This document shows positions 56,229-64,000 of a DNA stretch of 64,000 nt, piece after piece. Position 1 is the first letter of the stretch. Every line of letters starts with the position of its first letter. Position numbers and translations under genes: made by a program. Origin of the DNA: a virus (lineage: Duplodnaviria; Heunggongvirae; Uroviricota; Caudoviricetes); IMG/VR virus record IMGVR_UViG_2938655777_000006, positions 80,983 through 144,982 of that record. One strand, written 5' to 3'. The notes beneath the pieces were generated by a model. It was given only the letters and a program-made list of their open reading frames with translations. It did no database searches and had not been told where the DNA came from.

Positions 56229-56870
56229 ATGATTAACAAGACATTAAATTATAAAAGAGATCCTAGCTTGAACAACGAAGAGATGATTAAAGAAGCAAAA
56301 CTAACTAACAATAAAGAACTTAGGGATAAGATTATAAATAACAATATTCCTTTTGTTAAAAGCCTAGCTGACCGTTGGTATAAGCGTGGAGTCCCAGAAG
56401 AGTTTGATGATTTATTAGGCATGGGAATGGTAGCACTAATGAAGGCTTACTATACATATGACACGAATAAGAATATTAAATTTGCCTCATATCTTGGAAA
56501 AGTAGTATGGAAAGAATTTATGGCACATTCTAGGTACAAAAGCATGAAATGTCGTAGCAAATACTCCAGTATTAGTTTCAATGAAACTCTTCATAAAACA
56601 AAAGGAACAGTCGAAGAAAAGCTGCTTGCTGAAGTTATTCCTAATGACAGTCACTTAGATTATCTGACAGTTGAAGATGAGATGTTCAATACACATTTAG
56701 TCGAACAAATGGATGGATTGTTGGCGAAAAAGGAGAGAATTGTTGCTGACAAATACTTTTTCGAAGGGAAAAGCATATCGGAAATTGGGGTTGAACTTGG
56801 TGTGTCGCGTCAGGCAGCGCATCAAGCTTTTCAAAGAACGATTAAGAGGCTAACGCCAATATATACATAA
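56229..56870 (+). CDS. sigma-70-family RNA polymerase sigma factor (phage-encoded)
   Basis: Region 2-like FDDLLGMGMVALMKAYYTYD; region 4.2 HTH SISEIGVELGVSRQAAHQAFQRTIKRL. Confidence 0.6.
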   Translation: MINKTLNYKRDPSLNNEEMIKEAKLTNNKELRDKIINNNIPFVKSLADRWYKRGVPEEFDDLLGMGMVALMKAYYTYDTNKNIKFASYLGKVVWKEFMAHSRYKSMKCRSKYSSISFNETLHKTKGTVEEKLLAEVIPNDSHLDYLTVEDEMFNTHLVEQMDGLLAKKERIVADKYFFEGKSISEIGVELGVSRQAAHQAFQRTIKRLTPIYT

Positions 56871-56996
56871 AAGTAAAACTCATATTTTATGAAGAAAGGG
56901 ATGGCATAGAACAGGGTACGACACAAAATCCATTGTAATATTCTCTCATAGATATAAAATAACCATTATAAAACAAATCTTATGGGGGAAAAGCCA

Positions 56997-57572
56997 ATGA
57001 ACAAAAGAGTAAGAACGTTGTCAATAAATGAAATGAATATCTTAATTTCTTCTTCTGCGCTAATTTCTACAATTATGCTTTTAGTTTTTTTGTACTCACC
57101 CTTTTGCGTGATCGCAGCATTGATAGTGTATTGTATTTTCTTTTTCTGGATATTTAAACTTCTTTGGATGATGTTTTATTCCAAATGGATATTGAAGTTG
57201 CCCGGAAAATCAATACTTAGAACAAGAAAATTGATCGAAGTGCATGTCGGTGATTTAGCAAAAAACGAAGCATCAAAATTCTTGTCAATAAATTCAAAAT
57301 CGGTTTTAGTAGCACACCAACTAAAAAAAGATGCAGTTTTTTATTCATGGCATCGCAGCCCAGAAAAATACAAGGAATTCTTCGGTGATTGTGCAGATAT
57401 TGTGACTGTGGAAGGGTTTGAGAGATTTGCACAATTGTTTAGAAACCGATCTTACAAGCCTGAAGAGGTGGAATATCCTTTAACGAGAGTGTATGTGTTC
57501 TGGAATAAACTTGACGACCACACAATTGCTAAGTTGGAGAGACATGTGAAAAGAGGAAGGTCTGCTGCTTAG
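56997..57572 (+). CDS. membrane protein (2 TM) with soluble C-terminal domain
   Basis: ATG 56997 7 nt after GGGGGA; TM helices LISSSALISTIMLLVFLY, IAALIVYCIFFFWIF. Confidence 0.4.
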   Translation: MNKRVRTLSINEMNILISSSALISTIMLLVFLYSPFCVIAALIVYCIFFFWIFKLLWMMFYSKWILKLPGKSILRTRKLIEVHVGDLAKNEASKFLSINSKSVLVAHQLKKDAVFYSWHRSPEKYKEFFGDCADIVTVEGFERFAQLFRNRSYKPEEVEYPLTRVYVFWNKLDDHTIAKLERHVKRGRSAA

Positions 57573-57675
57573 TTTTAGGGGGGCAAGTATCCCCCTAAAA
57601 ATTTTAGCTTTAGTGAGCATGAAGTGAAAAGATGATTAAGGGAAAAGTTATTTCTATCAAGGAAGAAGGGATAAG

Positions 57676-58254
57676 GTGACAACTTGGTACACAAGCGATA
57701 CACATTTTAGTCATAAAAATATTATTCAGCATGAAAGTAGGCCGTTTAATTCTGTTGAACAGATGGATGAAGCTCTCATTGATAATTGGAACCGTCACAT
57801 TAAAAATGATGATATAGTGTACCATCTAGGCGATTTTGTATTTGGCGGTATTTCAAAATGGGAAAATATTATTCCACGATTAAAAGGCAAGATTCATTTA
57901 GTAGTTGGAAACCACGATAACGATAAGGTATTGAAAAAGGTATCTCATTATTTTGAATCAATTGAAAACATAATCGTTAAGAAAATCGATAAGCAGCATT
58001 TGTTTTTGTTCCATTATCCCATAGAGGTTGGATTAACTCCAAATGCTTATTCAATACATGGTCATATCCACTCACGTCCCTCAAATATGATTAATCAAAT
58101 AAATGTAGGTGTAGACAGCGATTTTACCAAAGAGAAGGTTGGTTTTGGAAACCCGATTCCTGAAGATGTTATTCTACGTGAACTATTGATTAGAAAAGAA
58201 GCTATATTGCAACTTAGAGGCAGTAGTAGAGGTGATCGACATAGAGATAAATAA
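57676..58254 (+). CDS. calcineurin-like metallophosphoesterase
   Basis: Motifs SDTHFSH (DxH), GDFVFGG (GDxx), GNHDND (GNH[DE]); GTG start after AAGGAAGAAGGGAtaag. Confidence 0.55.
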   Translation: MTTWYTSDTHFSHKNIIQHESRPFNSVEQMDEALIDNWNRHIKNDDIVYHLGDFVFGGISKWENIIPRLKGKIHLVVGNHDNDKVLKKVSHYFESIENIIVKKIDKQHLFLFHYPIEVGLTPNAYSIHGHIHSRPSNMINQINVGVDSDFTKEKVGFGNPIPEDVILRELLIRKEAILQLRGSSRGDRHRDK

Positions 58255-58267
58255 ATACATGGAGATT

Positions 58268-58393
58268 ATGAACAATAAAAAGGACACAAAGCAAATTACA
58301 GATGAACAATATGCAAAATACATAAGCAAACTTTGGCAGTGGCAAATAAACAGCAGTACAGAATATTATCAATCGGAGGACGATCACTTTTGA
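58268..58393 (+). CDS. small hypothetical protein (41 aa)
   Basis: Hand-translated MNNKKDTKQITDEQYAKYISKLWQWQINSSTEYYQSEDDHF; RBS catGGAGattATG. Confidence 0.3.
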   Translation: MNNKKDTKQITDEQYAKYISKLWQWQINSSTEYYQSEDDHF

Positions 58394-58408
58394 TGATCAA
58401 TAATACAT

Positions 58409-58864
58409 ATGAAATTTCTAAACCAAAATGATATTTTTCAAATTTTAAAGAAGTCTCTCAAGAAGCATTATGGCAATTTCACGAGCGAACCCAAGATTGA
58501 AATTGATGTTGATGTAATGACTAGTAAATATGATTTTTATTCGAGAAAAATTAGTTTTAGTGGAAAGATTGTATCTTTTAAATATAGTGAGGAAATCTAT
58601 AAGAGAAGACTTACTTTGAAAGAAATTGAGGGAATGATTGAATTAGAGTTAGGTGGAGAAGTAAATGTTGCAGCATACATAAATGAGATTGAAGAAGTCT
58701 TAACAAGAGATAGTTACAATAACCACACTGTTTTAGTAGCTACAGTGACAAACGAAAAACTTTCATTAGATAAAGATTGCATCATGACTTTAATTGACAT
58801 AGCTATTGATATGAACGATAAAGAGTGGTTTATTGAGCTAACAAATAAATATAATCAATTATGA
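58409..58864 (+). CDS. hypothetical protein (151 aa)
   Basis: ORF in track. Confidence 0.4.
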   Translation: MKFLNQNDIFQILKKSLKKHYGNFTSEPKIEIDVDVMTSKYDFYSRKISFSGKIVSFKYSEEIYKRRLTLKEIEGMIELELGGEVNVAAYINEIEEVLTRDSYNNHTVLVATVTNEKLSLDKDCIMTLIDIAIDMNDKEWFIELTNKYNQL

Positions 58865-59019
58865 ATTAAACTAACGTTTGACGACATCAAGAATGTAAAT
58901 TATATCAAGAATAATGAGTAGAACTACATTGATACATATATAAAACTCAATGTTTATAAGGGTTTTTCGATAGTAATTTCTACGTAAAATCCTGATTTTA
59001 TTCATTGCTCAATACTACT

Positions 59020-59103
59020 CTTATAGGATCTAAATATTATATAAATAAATATAATGAAATATATACAAAATAATAAAGCCGTGATATAATCATCTTATAG
59101 GAT
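59020..59103 (+). repeat. 11-bp exact direct repeat TCTTATAGGAT flanking the promoter (candidate operator/centromere-like iterons)
   Basis: Copies at 59020-59030 and 59093-59103; additional ATCAAGAAT x2 at ~58893-58920. Confidence 0.4.
59062..59090 (+). promoter_or_regulatory. promoter, TATACA-17-TGaTATAAT (extended -10)
   Basis: TATACA 59062-67, TG 59082-83, TATAAT 59085-90; upstream TAATGAAATA element shared with 49878 promoter; ~75-nt leader to ParM-like gene. Confidence 0.45.
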
Positions 59104-59172
59104 GTATTACATTGTACGACACTGTTGAGCTACTGTCATACTTTGATACTCATTGTATTTGGAGGTAATATC

Positions 59173-60138
59173 ATGGCTTTAACTGTAGTGAAAAATTTAA
59201 GTGTGATTGATCTCGGATTTAGCTACACCAAGGGGAAAACAGGCAATACAATGTATCTTCAGCCTTCTATCTCCGGCGATGTTCAACCAATGTTTGAAGA
59301 AAACATCAAACCAAATGATTTTTTCTATAACGACGAATTATTTGTAGGGAATGTCGCCCTAAGGCACAGTGAGATTAAATATTTCACACTTAAAAATAAT
59401 AAGAGTGAAGCGATGACTTCTGACGTTTTGCTGAAAACTGGATTAGGATATTTAAATAAAAACAACCCATTTAATATGGTAACTGGACTACCTGTATTAT
59501 TCTATTTCAATCAAAAAAGTGATATGGAAAAGATGTTGGATCGAATAAACAGAGAGGATGCTTACAGCCTTAAGAAAGGCAGGGGAAATTATTCAGAAAT
59601 TAAACTTCATATAAATAAATATAAACTTGTTCCACAGGGATATGGCATAGCTATGGATTATCTGCTAGACAATAAAGGAAAGATCCAAAAAGTACATATT
59701 GCAAATAAAAAGGTATTGGTAATTGACTTAGGATTCTATACGTTAAACCTTTTGGGTTTAGATAAACTAGAAATAATGAAAGAATCAACAAGCCTTCTTT
59801 TGGGTGTTGAAAAGGCATATCAGTTATTGCGTAAGTACTTAATGAATGCTATAGGCAAGGCTCCAGCTATTTATGAACTGGACAAGTATGTGATAAGCGG
59901 TATATACGAAGGACGAAATATAAAACCATTAATAGCAAAAGCATTTAAATCACTAGCGATCCAAATTCAAAATGAGGTTGACGGACTAAATATAAATTTT
60001 GATTATTATCTAATTGGTGGAGGTGCAGCACATCAGATTTATAACACACTTAACTTCAAGAATAAAGTACTTTTCGATCAGCTTTCACAAATAAGAGGGT
60101 ATGAAAAAATTGGAGTTAGAGCATGGGGAAGAAACTAG
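59173..60138 (+). CDS. actin-like ATPase, ParM/Alp (StbA) family
   Basis: Phosphate-1 VIDLGFSYTK, phosphate-2 VLVIDLGFYTLNL, adenosine YYLIGGGAA, collinear with ParM; ATG 59173 7 nt after GGAGG. Confidence 0.55.
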   Translation: MALTVVKNLSVIDLGFSYTKGKTGNTMYLQPSISGDVQPMFEENIKPNDFFYNDELFVGNVALRHSEIKYFTLKNNKSEAMTSDVLLKTGLGYLNKNNPFNMVTGLPVLFYFNQKSDMEKMLDRINREDAYSLKKGRGNYSEIKLHINKYKLVPQGYGIAMDYLLDNKGKIQKVHIANKKVLVIDLGFYTLNLLGLDKLEIMKESTSLLLGVEKAYQLLRKYLMNAIGKAPAIYELDKYVISGIYEGRNIKPLIAKAFKSLAIQIQNEVDGLNINFDYYLIGGGAAHQIYNTLNFKNKVLFDQLSQIRGYEKIGVRAWGRN

Positions 60139-60401
60139 TTAGCGCAAGACTCAGAAACGGAAAGGATGATGACCTCAAAATAGCACTGAGTAAACTTCCT
60201 ATATATTATGATGAGAGCGACATCGTAAGAGAAGCGCTGAGACAGTTCTTATTTGGACACAAGGGTAGAAAACCTGAAATATTAGGGAGCAAAGTTGTAA
60301 TTGATGATGAACTTGTTGTAAATAAAGAAGAATTAGAAGAGGTTGATTTTATATCTCAATCAGATCTCGATAAAAGCTTAGATGATTTTATAGGGACTTG
60401 A
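60123..60401 (+). CDS. ribbon-helix-helix (CopG/Arc-like) DNA-binding protein, ParR/adaptor-like
   Basis: N-terminal beta-strand + helices KKLVSARLRNGKDDDLKIALSKL...SDIVREALRQFL; overlaps ParM-like stop. Confidence 0.45.
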   Translation: MGKKLVSARLRNGKDDDLKIALSKLPIYYDESDIVREALRQFLFGHKGRKPEILGSKVVIDDELVVNKEELEEVDFISQSDLDKSLDDFIGT

Positions 60402-60584
60402 GTAGGCTTCGGCCTACAATACATAAAATGAGGAAAGCTACAAGGATTAAAATCAAAATTAAACTGAATATCTGAGGTTCTAAGTGAATAAGTGTTATGT
60501 TAATGGCATTAAATATTTGATAAAACATATCAGCATGTCATAGCCCATATTAGGCATATACTGTCTCAACGAGAGGTGATTACT

Positions 60585-61559
60585 GTGGATGAAAACTCCA
60601 GAAGGATTACTGTTAATGAATCAAGAATTAATGTTGTCTTTAAAAGTCAAGAAGCTTATGAAACAATATCTGAGCAAAACGAAGAAGTTCCATTAACCAG
60701 TAATCATTACGAATCCGCAGCAGACATATTTAAGGATTTAGACGAAATGATTGGCCTTGAAAAGGTAAAAGATCTTGTGTATGAGATTTATGCATTGATA
60801 CAGGTGCAAAAACTTAGAAGTGAAGAAGGTTTGAAAAATAGTAGTCAGGTATACCATATGATATTCAAAGGAAATCCCGGTACAGGGAAGACGACAGTGG
60901 CAAGAATAGCTTCTAAATTGCTAAACAGAATGGGCATCCTTAGTAAAGGTCATCTGATTGAGGTGGAACGAGCAGACTTAGTTGGAGAATACATCGGTCA
61001 CACCGCACAAAAAACACGAGATCTTGTTAAGAAAGCTATGGGAGGAATCCTTTTTATCGATGAAGCCTACAGTTTGGCTAGGGGAGGTGATAAAGATTTT
61101 GGAAAGGAAGCAATAGACTGTCTTGTAAAAGTCATGGAGGATAGAAGTGATGATTTAATAATTATCCTTGCAGGCTATCCAGATGAGATGGGGATGTTCC
61201 TTAGAACAAATACTGGTCTTCCATCCCGGTTTCCAATACAAATAGATTTTCAGGATTACACAACAGATGAGTTAATGTTAATTGCAGTAAAGATGGCATA
61301 TGAAAAAGACTACAACATTACCTCTGATGCACTGATAAAACTAAGAGAAATAATTCAGATTGAGAAAGACTCAAGAAGTAATTTTAGTAATGCACGCTAT
61401 GTTCGTAACGTGATTGAAAAAGCGATTCGGCACCAAGCTGTCAGAATAATGAGTAGACGTGTAAAAATCTCTAAGCAAAATTTAATGGATATTTTGCCAC
61501 GAGATATATCAAATTCAAATATTGAAATGAATAAAAGAGAGTCTGTCATAATGCCATAA
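60585..61559 (+). CDS. AAA+ ATPase, SpoVK/CbbX-like
   Basis: Walker A GNPGTGKTT, Walker B ILFIDEAYSL, sensor/arginine-finger region; GTG 60585 5 nt after GAGAGGTGA. Confidence 0.6.
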   Translation: MDENSRRITVNESRINVVFKSQEAYETISEQNEEVPLTSNHYESAADIFKDLDEMIGLEKVKDLVYEIYALIQVQKLRSEEGLKNSSQVYHMIFKGNPGTGKTTVARIASKLLNRMGILSKGHLIEVERADLVGEYIGHTAQKTRDLVKKAMGGILFIDEAYSLARGGDKDFGKEAIDCLVKVMEDRSDDLIIILAGYPDEMGMFLRTNTGLPSRFPIQIDFQDYTTDELMLIAVKMAYEKDYNITSDALIKLREIIQIEKDSRSNFSNARYVRNVIEKAIRHQAVRIMSRRVKISKQNLMDILPRDISNSNIEMNKRESVIMP

Positions 61560-61576
61560 ATTAAAATGTATTTGTC

Positions 61577-61633
61577 CATAAAGAACAATCATACTTATTC
61601 AACTTAGCAGAAATCCATTGATTGTTCTTTATG
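61577..61633. repeat. perfect 15-bp inverted repeat (cataaagaacaatca / tgattgttctttatg) with 27-nt loop
   Basis: 18 nt after AAA-ATPase stop; no U-run; followed by strong SD AAGGAGGTGA (61651-60) and a 9-codon GTG uORF (61664-61693). Confidence 0.4.
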
Positions 61634-61752
61634 AAGCCTTATAAATATTAAAGGAGGTGAGAGGTGCAAAGTGTTCATATAGGATTTAATTAAAATCAAT
61701 ATTTTATAGGAAAGCGAGGTAAGCAACAATAGATAACTATGTAATTTATCAC

Positions 61753-64000
61753 TTGCATTCTGATGATAGTAATCCATCGACATCAATGGCTGTAGACTCA
61801 GTTACTAAATTTAAACAATACATAGACGCAGCAGAGCAAGCACAGATGAGTACAATTTGTTTTTCAGAACATGGGAACGTGTTTAACTGGGTTAAAAAGA
61901 AACAAACAATTGAAGAAAAAGGTATGAAATATATCCATGCCAACGAAGTGTATCTAACTGAACATAACGACAGAGAACGAGGATTAATTCGAGACAATTT
62001 CCACTACATGCTTATAGCCAAAAATTGGGACGGTGTAAAAGAGCTAAATCGATTAACCTCTATATCTAACAATAAAGAAGATGGGCATTATTATTACAAT
62101 CCAAGATTAACATTCGATGAGTTATTTAATACTTCAGACAATATCATTATGACATCTGCATGTTTAGCTTCACCACTATGGAGAGCAATAAAAAACGATA
62201 ACAAACAGATGTACAACCGACTAATGGATTTCTTCATGAAAAACAAACATCGGATGTTCTTTGAAATTCAGTATCATACACATCCTGAACAAAAGTCGTT
62301 TAATCAGCACTTATACAACATTTCTAAAGAGACTGGAATTCCACTTATTGCTGGAACGGATACACATGCACTTAATCAAGCTCATGCAGAAGCCAGAACC
62401 ATTCTTATGAGAGCAAAGGGTGCTACATATGGAGACGAAGACACTTTTGATTTAACATTCAAAACTTATCCCGAATTAGTTAAAATGTTTGAGGAACAAA
62501 ATTCAATACCAAGAAGTGCTTACCTTGAAGCAATTCATAATACGAATGTTATGGCGAACATGATAGAAGAATTTACGATCGATTCATCTCCAAAGTACCC
62601 AAAACTATATGATGATCCAGAAAAAGTTTTTAAGGAAAAGATAAATGTTGGTGTAGTTGAAAGAGGAGTAAACAAGTTTGAAGCAGAAAAGAAACATCGT
62701 TATTTTAAAAGAATTAGAGAAGAGTTTGATACATATAAGAAAGTTGGAGCAATTGATTATATGCTGCTTCAAAAAGATGTGGTCGATTGGGCGCATAAAA
62801 ATGGGATATATCAAGGATATGGACGTGGTTCTGTAAACGGAAGCTTGATCGCCTATCTATTGAAGATTACAGAGATGGATAGTATTAAGCATAAGCTAAA
62901 TTTCTTTCGCTTCCTGAATCCAGAGCGCATTTCACTCGCTGATATAGATTTAGACTGGCCTCCTTCAAAGAGACAAGATGTAATTGACTATGTAGCAACT
63001 ATTCCGGGTATTTACTTCTCTGAAATTATAACTTTTAATACGGTGGCTTTAAAAGGAGCAATAAGAGAAGTTGGTAGGGCGCTCAATATGGATTTATCAG
63101 TTGTAGATGGAATCGCAAAGGCTGTTTTTAAAAATGATAACAGGAAAGATGAAATCGATAAGCAATACCGCGAAAGCTATCCTGATTTATTTAAATATGT
63201 AGACTTGGTTCAAGGAGTTATTGTAAGCATAGGATCACATCCGTCTGGATATGTAGTTTCACCTATAAGTCTGCAAGATAATATAGGATTATGTTACACA
63301 AAAGAAAGTAAATATCCTGTGAGCCAGATTAATATGAAAGAGCTTGATAGCCTTAACTATGTCAAGCTTGATATTTTAGGTTTAGATAATATTGAAATCA
63401 TCAATGAAACTTGTAAGTTAGCGAATATTCCTCGTTTAGTCCCTGACAATATGAACGTAGATGACGAAGAAGTTTGGAGTTCTATTAGAGAGTCAGGCTT
63501 AGGAGTTTTTCAATGGGAGTCAACAAGTGCTGGAGCATATTTAAAAGACTTGTTGAGTCCTGAAACAATAAAAAGAATAAAAGAACAATACCCGAATTTC
63601 AGCTATATCCAATTGTTCTCAATTGGAAATGCTGCCATTCGTCCTTCTGGAGCTTCGTACAGAAATGATTTATCGCAGGGGATATTTAAAGATCATGGAT
63701 ATGATGCATTAAACGCTCATCTGAAGAGTACACTTGGATATCTTATATTTCAAGAATCAATAATGCAGTTCTTGGTAGACTTTTGTGACTTTACAATGCC
63801 TGAAAGCGATTCTGTTCGACGAGGGATGAGTAAAAAAGAGGGTACGGAAAAAGAGCTTCCAAAGATAAGAAAAAGGTTTATTGAGAAGCTAATGCGCGAT
63901 TACAGTGAGACCGAAGAAGCAGCTACTGCCGTCCTTGAACCATTTATTCAAGTTATCATAGATGCTAAAGATTATGGCTTCTCTGACAACCACTCAAACC
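61753..64000 (+). CDS. dnaE: DnaE-like DNA polymerase III alpha subunit (3'-partial, continues past window); start uncertain
   Basis: PHP YHLHSDDS, GRGSVNGSLIAYLL, catalytic ADIDLDW, GSHPSGYVVS, LDILGL, IFQESIMQ, RRGMSKK; frame opens at 61723, only in-frame candidates ATA 61729 (8 nt after GAGGT), ATT 61744, TTG 61753. Confidence 0.6.
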   Translation, partial: MHSDDSNPSTSMAVDSVTKFKQYIDAAEQAQMSTICFSEHGNVFNWVKKKQTIEEKGMKYIHANEVYLTEHNDRERGLIRDNFHYMLIAKNWDGVKELNRLTSISNNKEDGHYYYNPRLTFDELFNTSDNIIMTSACLASPLWRAIKNDNKQMYNRLMDFFMKNKHRMFFEIQYHTHPEQKSFNQHLYNISKETGIPLIAGTDTHALNQAHAEARTILMRAKGATYGDEDTFDLTFKTYPELVKMFEEQNSIPRSAYLEAIHNTNVMANMIEEFTIDSSPKYPKLYDDPEKVFKEKINVGVVERGVNKFEAEKKHRYFKRIREEFDTYKKVGAIDYMLLQKDVVDWAHKNGIYQGYGRGSVNGSLIAYLLKITEMDSIKHKLNFFRFLNPERISLADIDLDWPPSKRQDVIDYVATIPGIYFSEIITFNTVALKGAIREVGRALNMDLSVVDGIAKAVFKNDNRKDEIDKQYRESYPDLFKYVDLVQGVIVSIGSHPSGYVVSPISLQDNIGLCYTKESKYPVSQINMKELDSLNYVKLDILGLDNIEIINETCKLANIPRLVPDNMNVDDEEVWSSIRESGLGVFQWESTSAGAYLKDLLSPETIKRIKEQYPNFSYIQLFSIGNAAIRPSGASYRNDLSQGIFKDHGYDALNAHLKSTLGYLIFQESIMQFLVDFCDFTMPESDSVRRGMSKKEGTEKELPKIRKRFIEKLMRDYSETEEAATAVLEPFIQVIIDAKDYGFSDNHSN

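Noticed and set aside
1-64000. CRISPR arrays, rRNA, tRNA, transposase/IS elements
   Set aside because: No regularly spaced direct repeats, no rRNA-like conserved stretches, no convincing tRNA cloverleaf, and no transposase/integrase ORFs found by eye.

Overview
The window is a gene-dense, AT-rich (~33-35% GC) stretch of a virulent-type phage genome of a low-GC Gram-positive host, probably a Bacillus-group phage. Every credible gene is on the + strand, with short gaps and many ATGA or 4-8 nt start/stop overlaps. More than 120 ORFs are supported.

Recognisable blocks:
- Small early-type genes of unknown function (0.4-18 kb), including paralogous duplicates.
- A replication cluster: ATP-dependent DNA ligase, DnaB-like helicase, DnaG-like primase, RecJ-like DHH exonuclease and, at the window end, a DnaE-like Pol III alpha.
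- Host-physiology or anti-defence candidates: macro domain, a RelA/SpoT-type HD small alarmone hydrolase, a Pol-beta-fold nucleotidyltransferase, an SPFH/band-7 protein, a CPBP/Abi protease and a metallophosphoesterase.
- A 7-deazaguanine DNA-modification module: a TGT-fold DpdA-like transglycosylase plus a YhhQ/VUT-type preQ0/preQ1 transporter, with two unknown partners.
- A complete dNTP module: anaerobic NrdD/NrdG, aerobic NrdE/NrdF/NrdI, ThyA and DHFR, interleaved with GIY-YIG and HNH homing endonucleases and a MazG-like NTP pyrophosphatase.
- A phage sigma factor, an actin-like ParM/Alp plus ribbon-helix-helix cassette flanked by iterons, and an AAA+ (SpoVK/CbbX-like) ATPase.

Regulation: two nearly identical consensus sigma-A promoters (TTGACT-17-TATAAT) at 22.65 and 39.04 kb, a second promoter class (TATACA-17-TGnTA(T/A)AAT) at 49.88 and 59.06 kb, and two clear rho-independent terminators.

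The most notable features are the DpdA/YhhQ module and a recurring set of reading-frame or start-codon anomalies. Several genes lack a canonical start but have an ATT or ATA codon 6-8 nt after a strong Shine-Dalgarno. Several others are split by a +/-1 frame change. These may be sequencing indels, pseudogenes or genuine recoding. No rRNA, tRNA or CRISPR was found.
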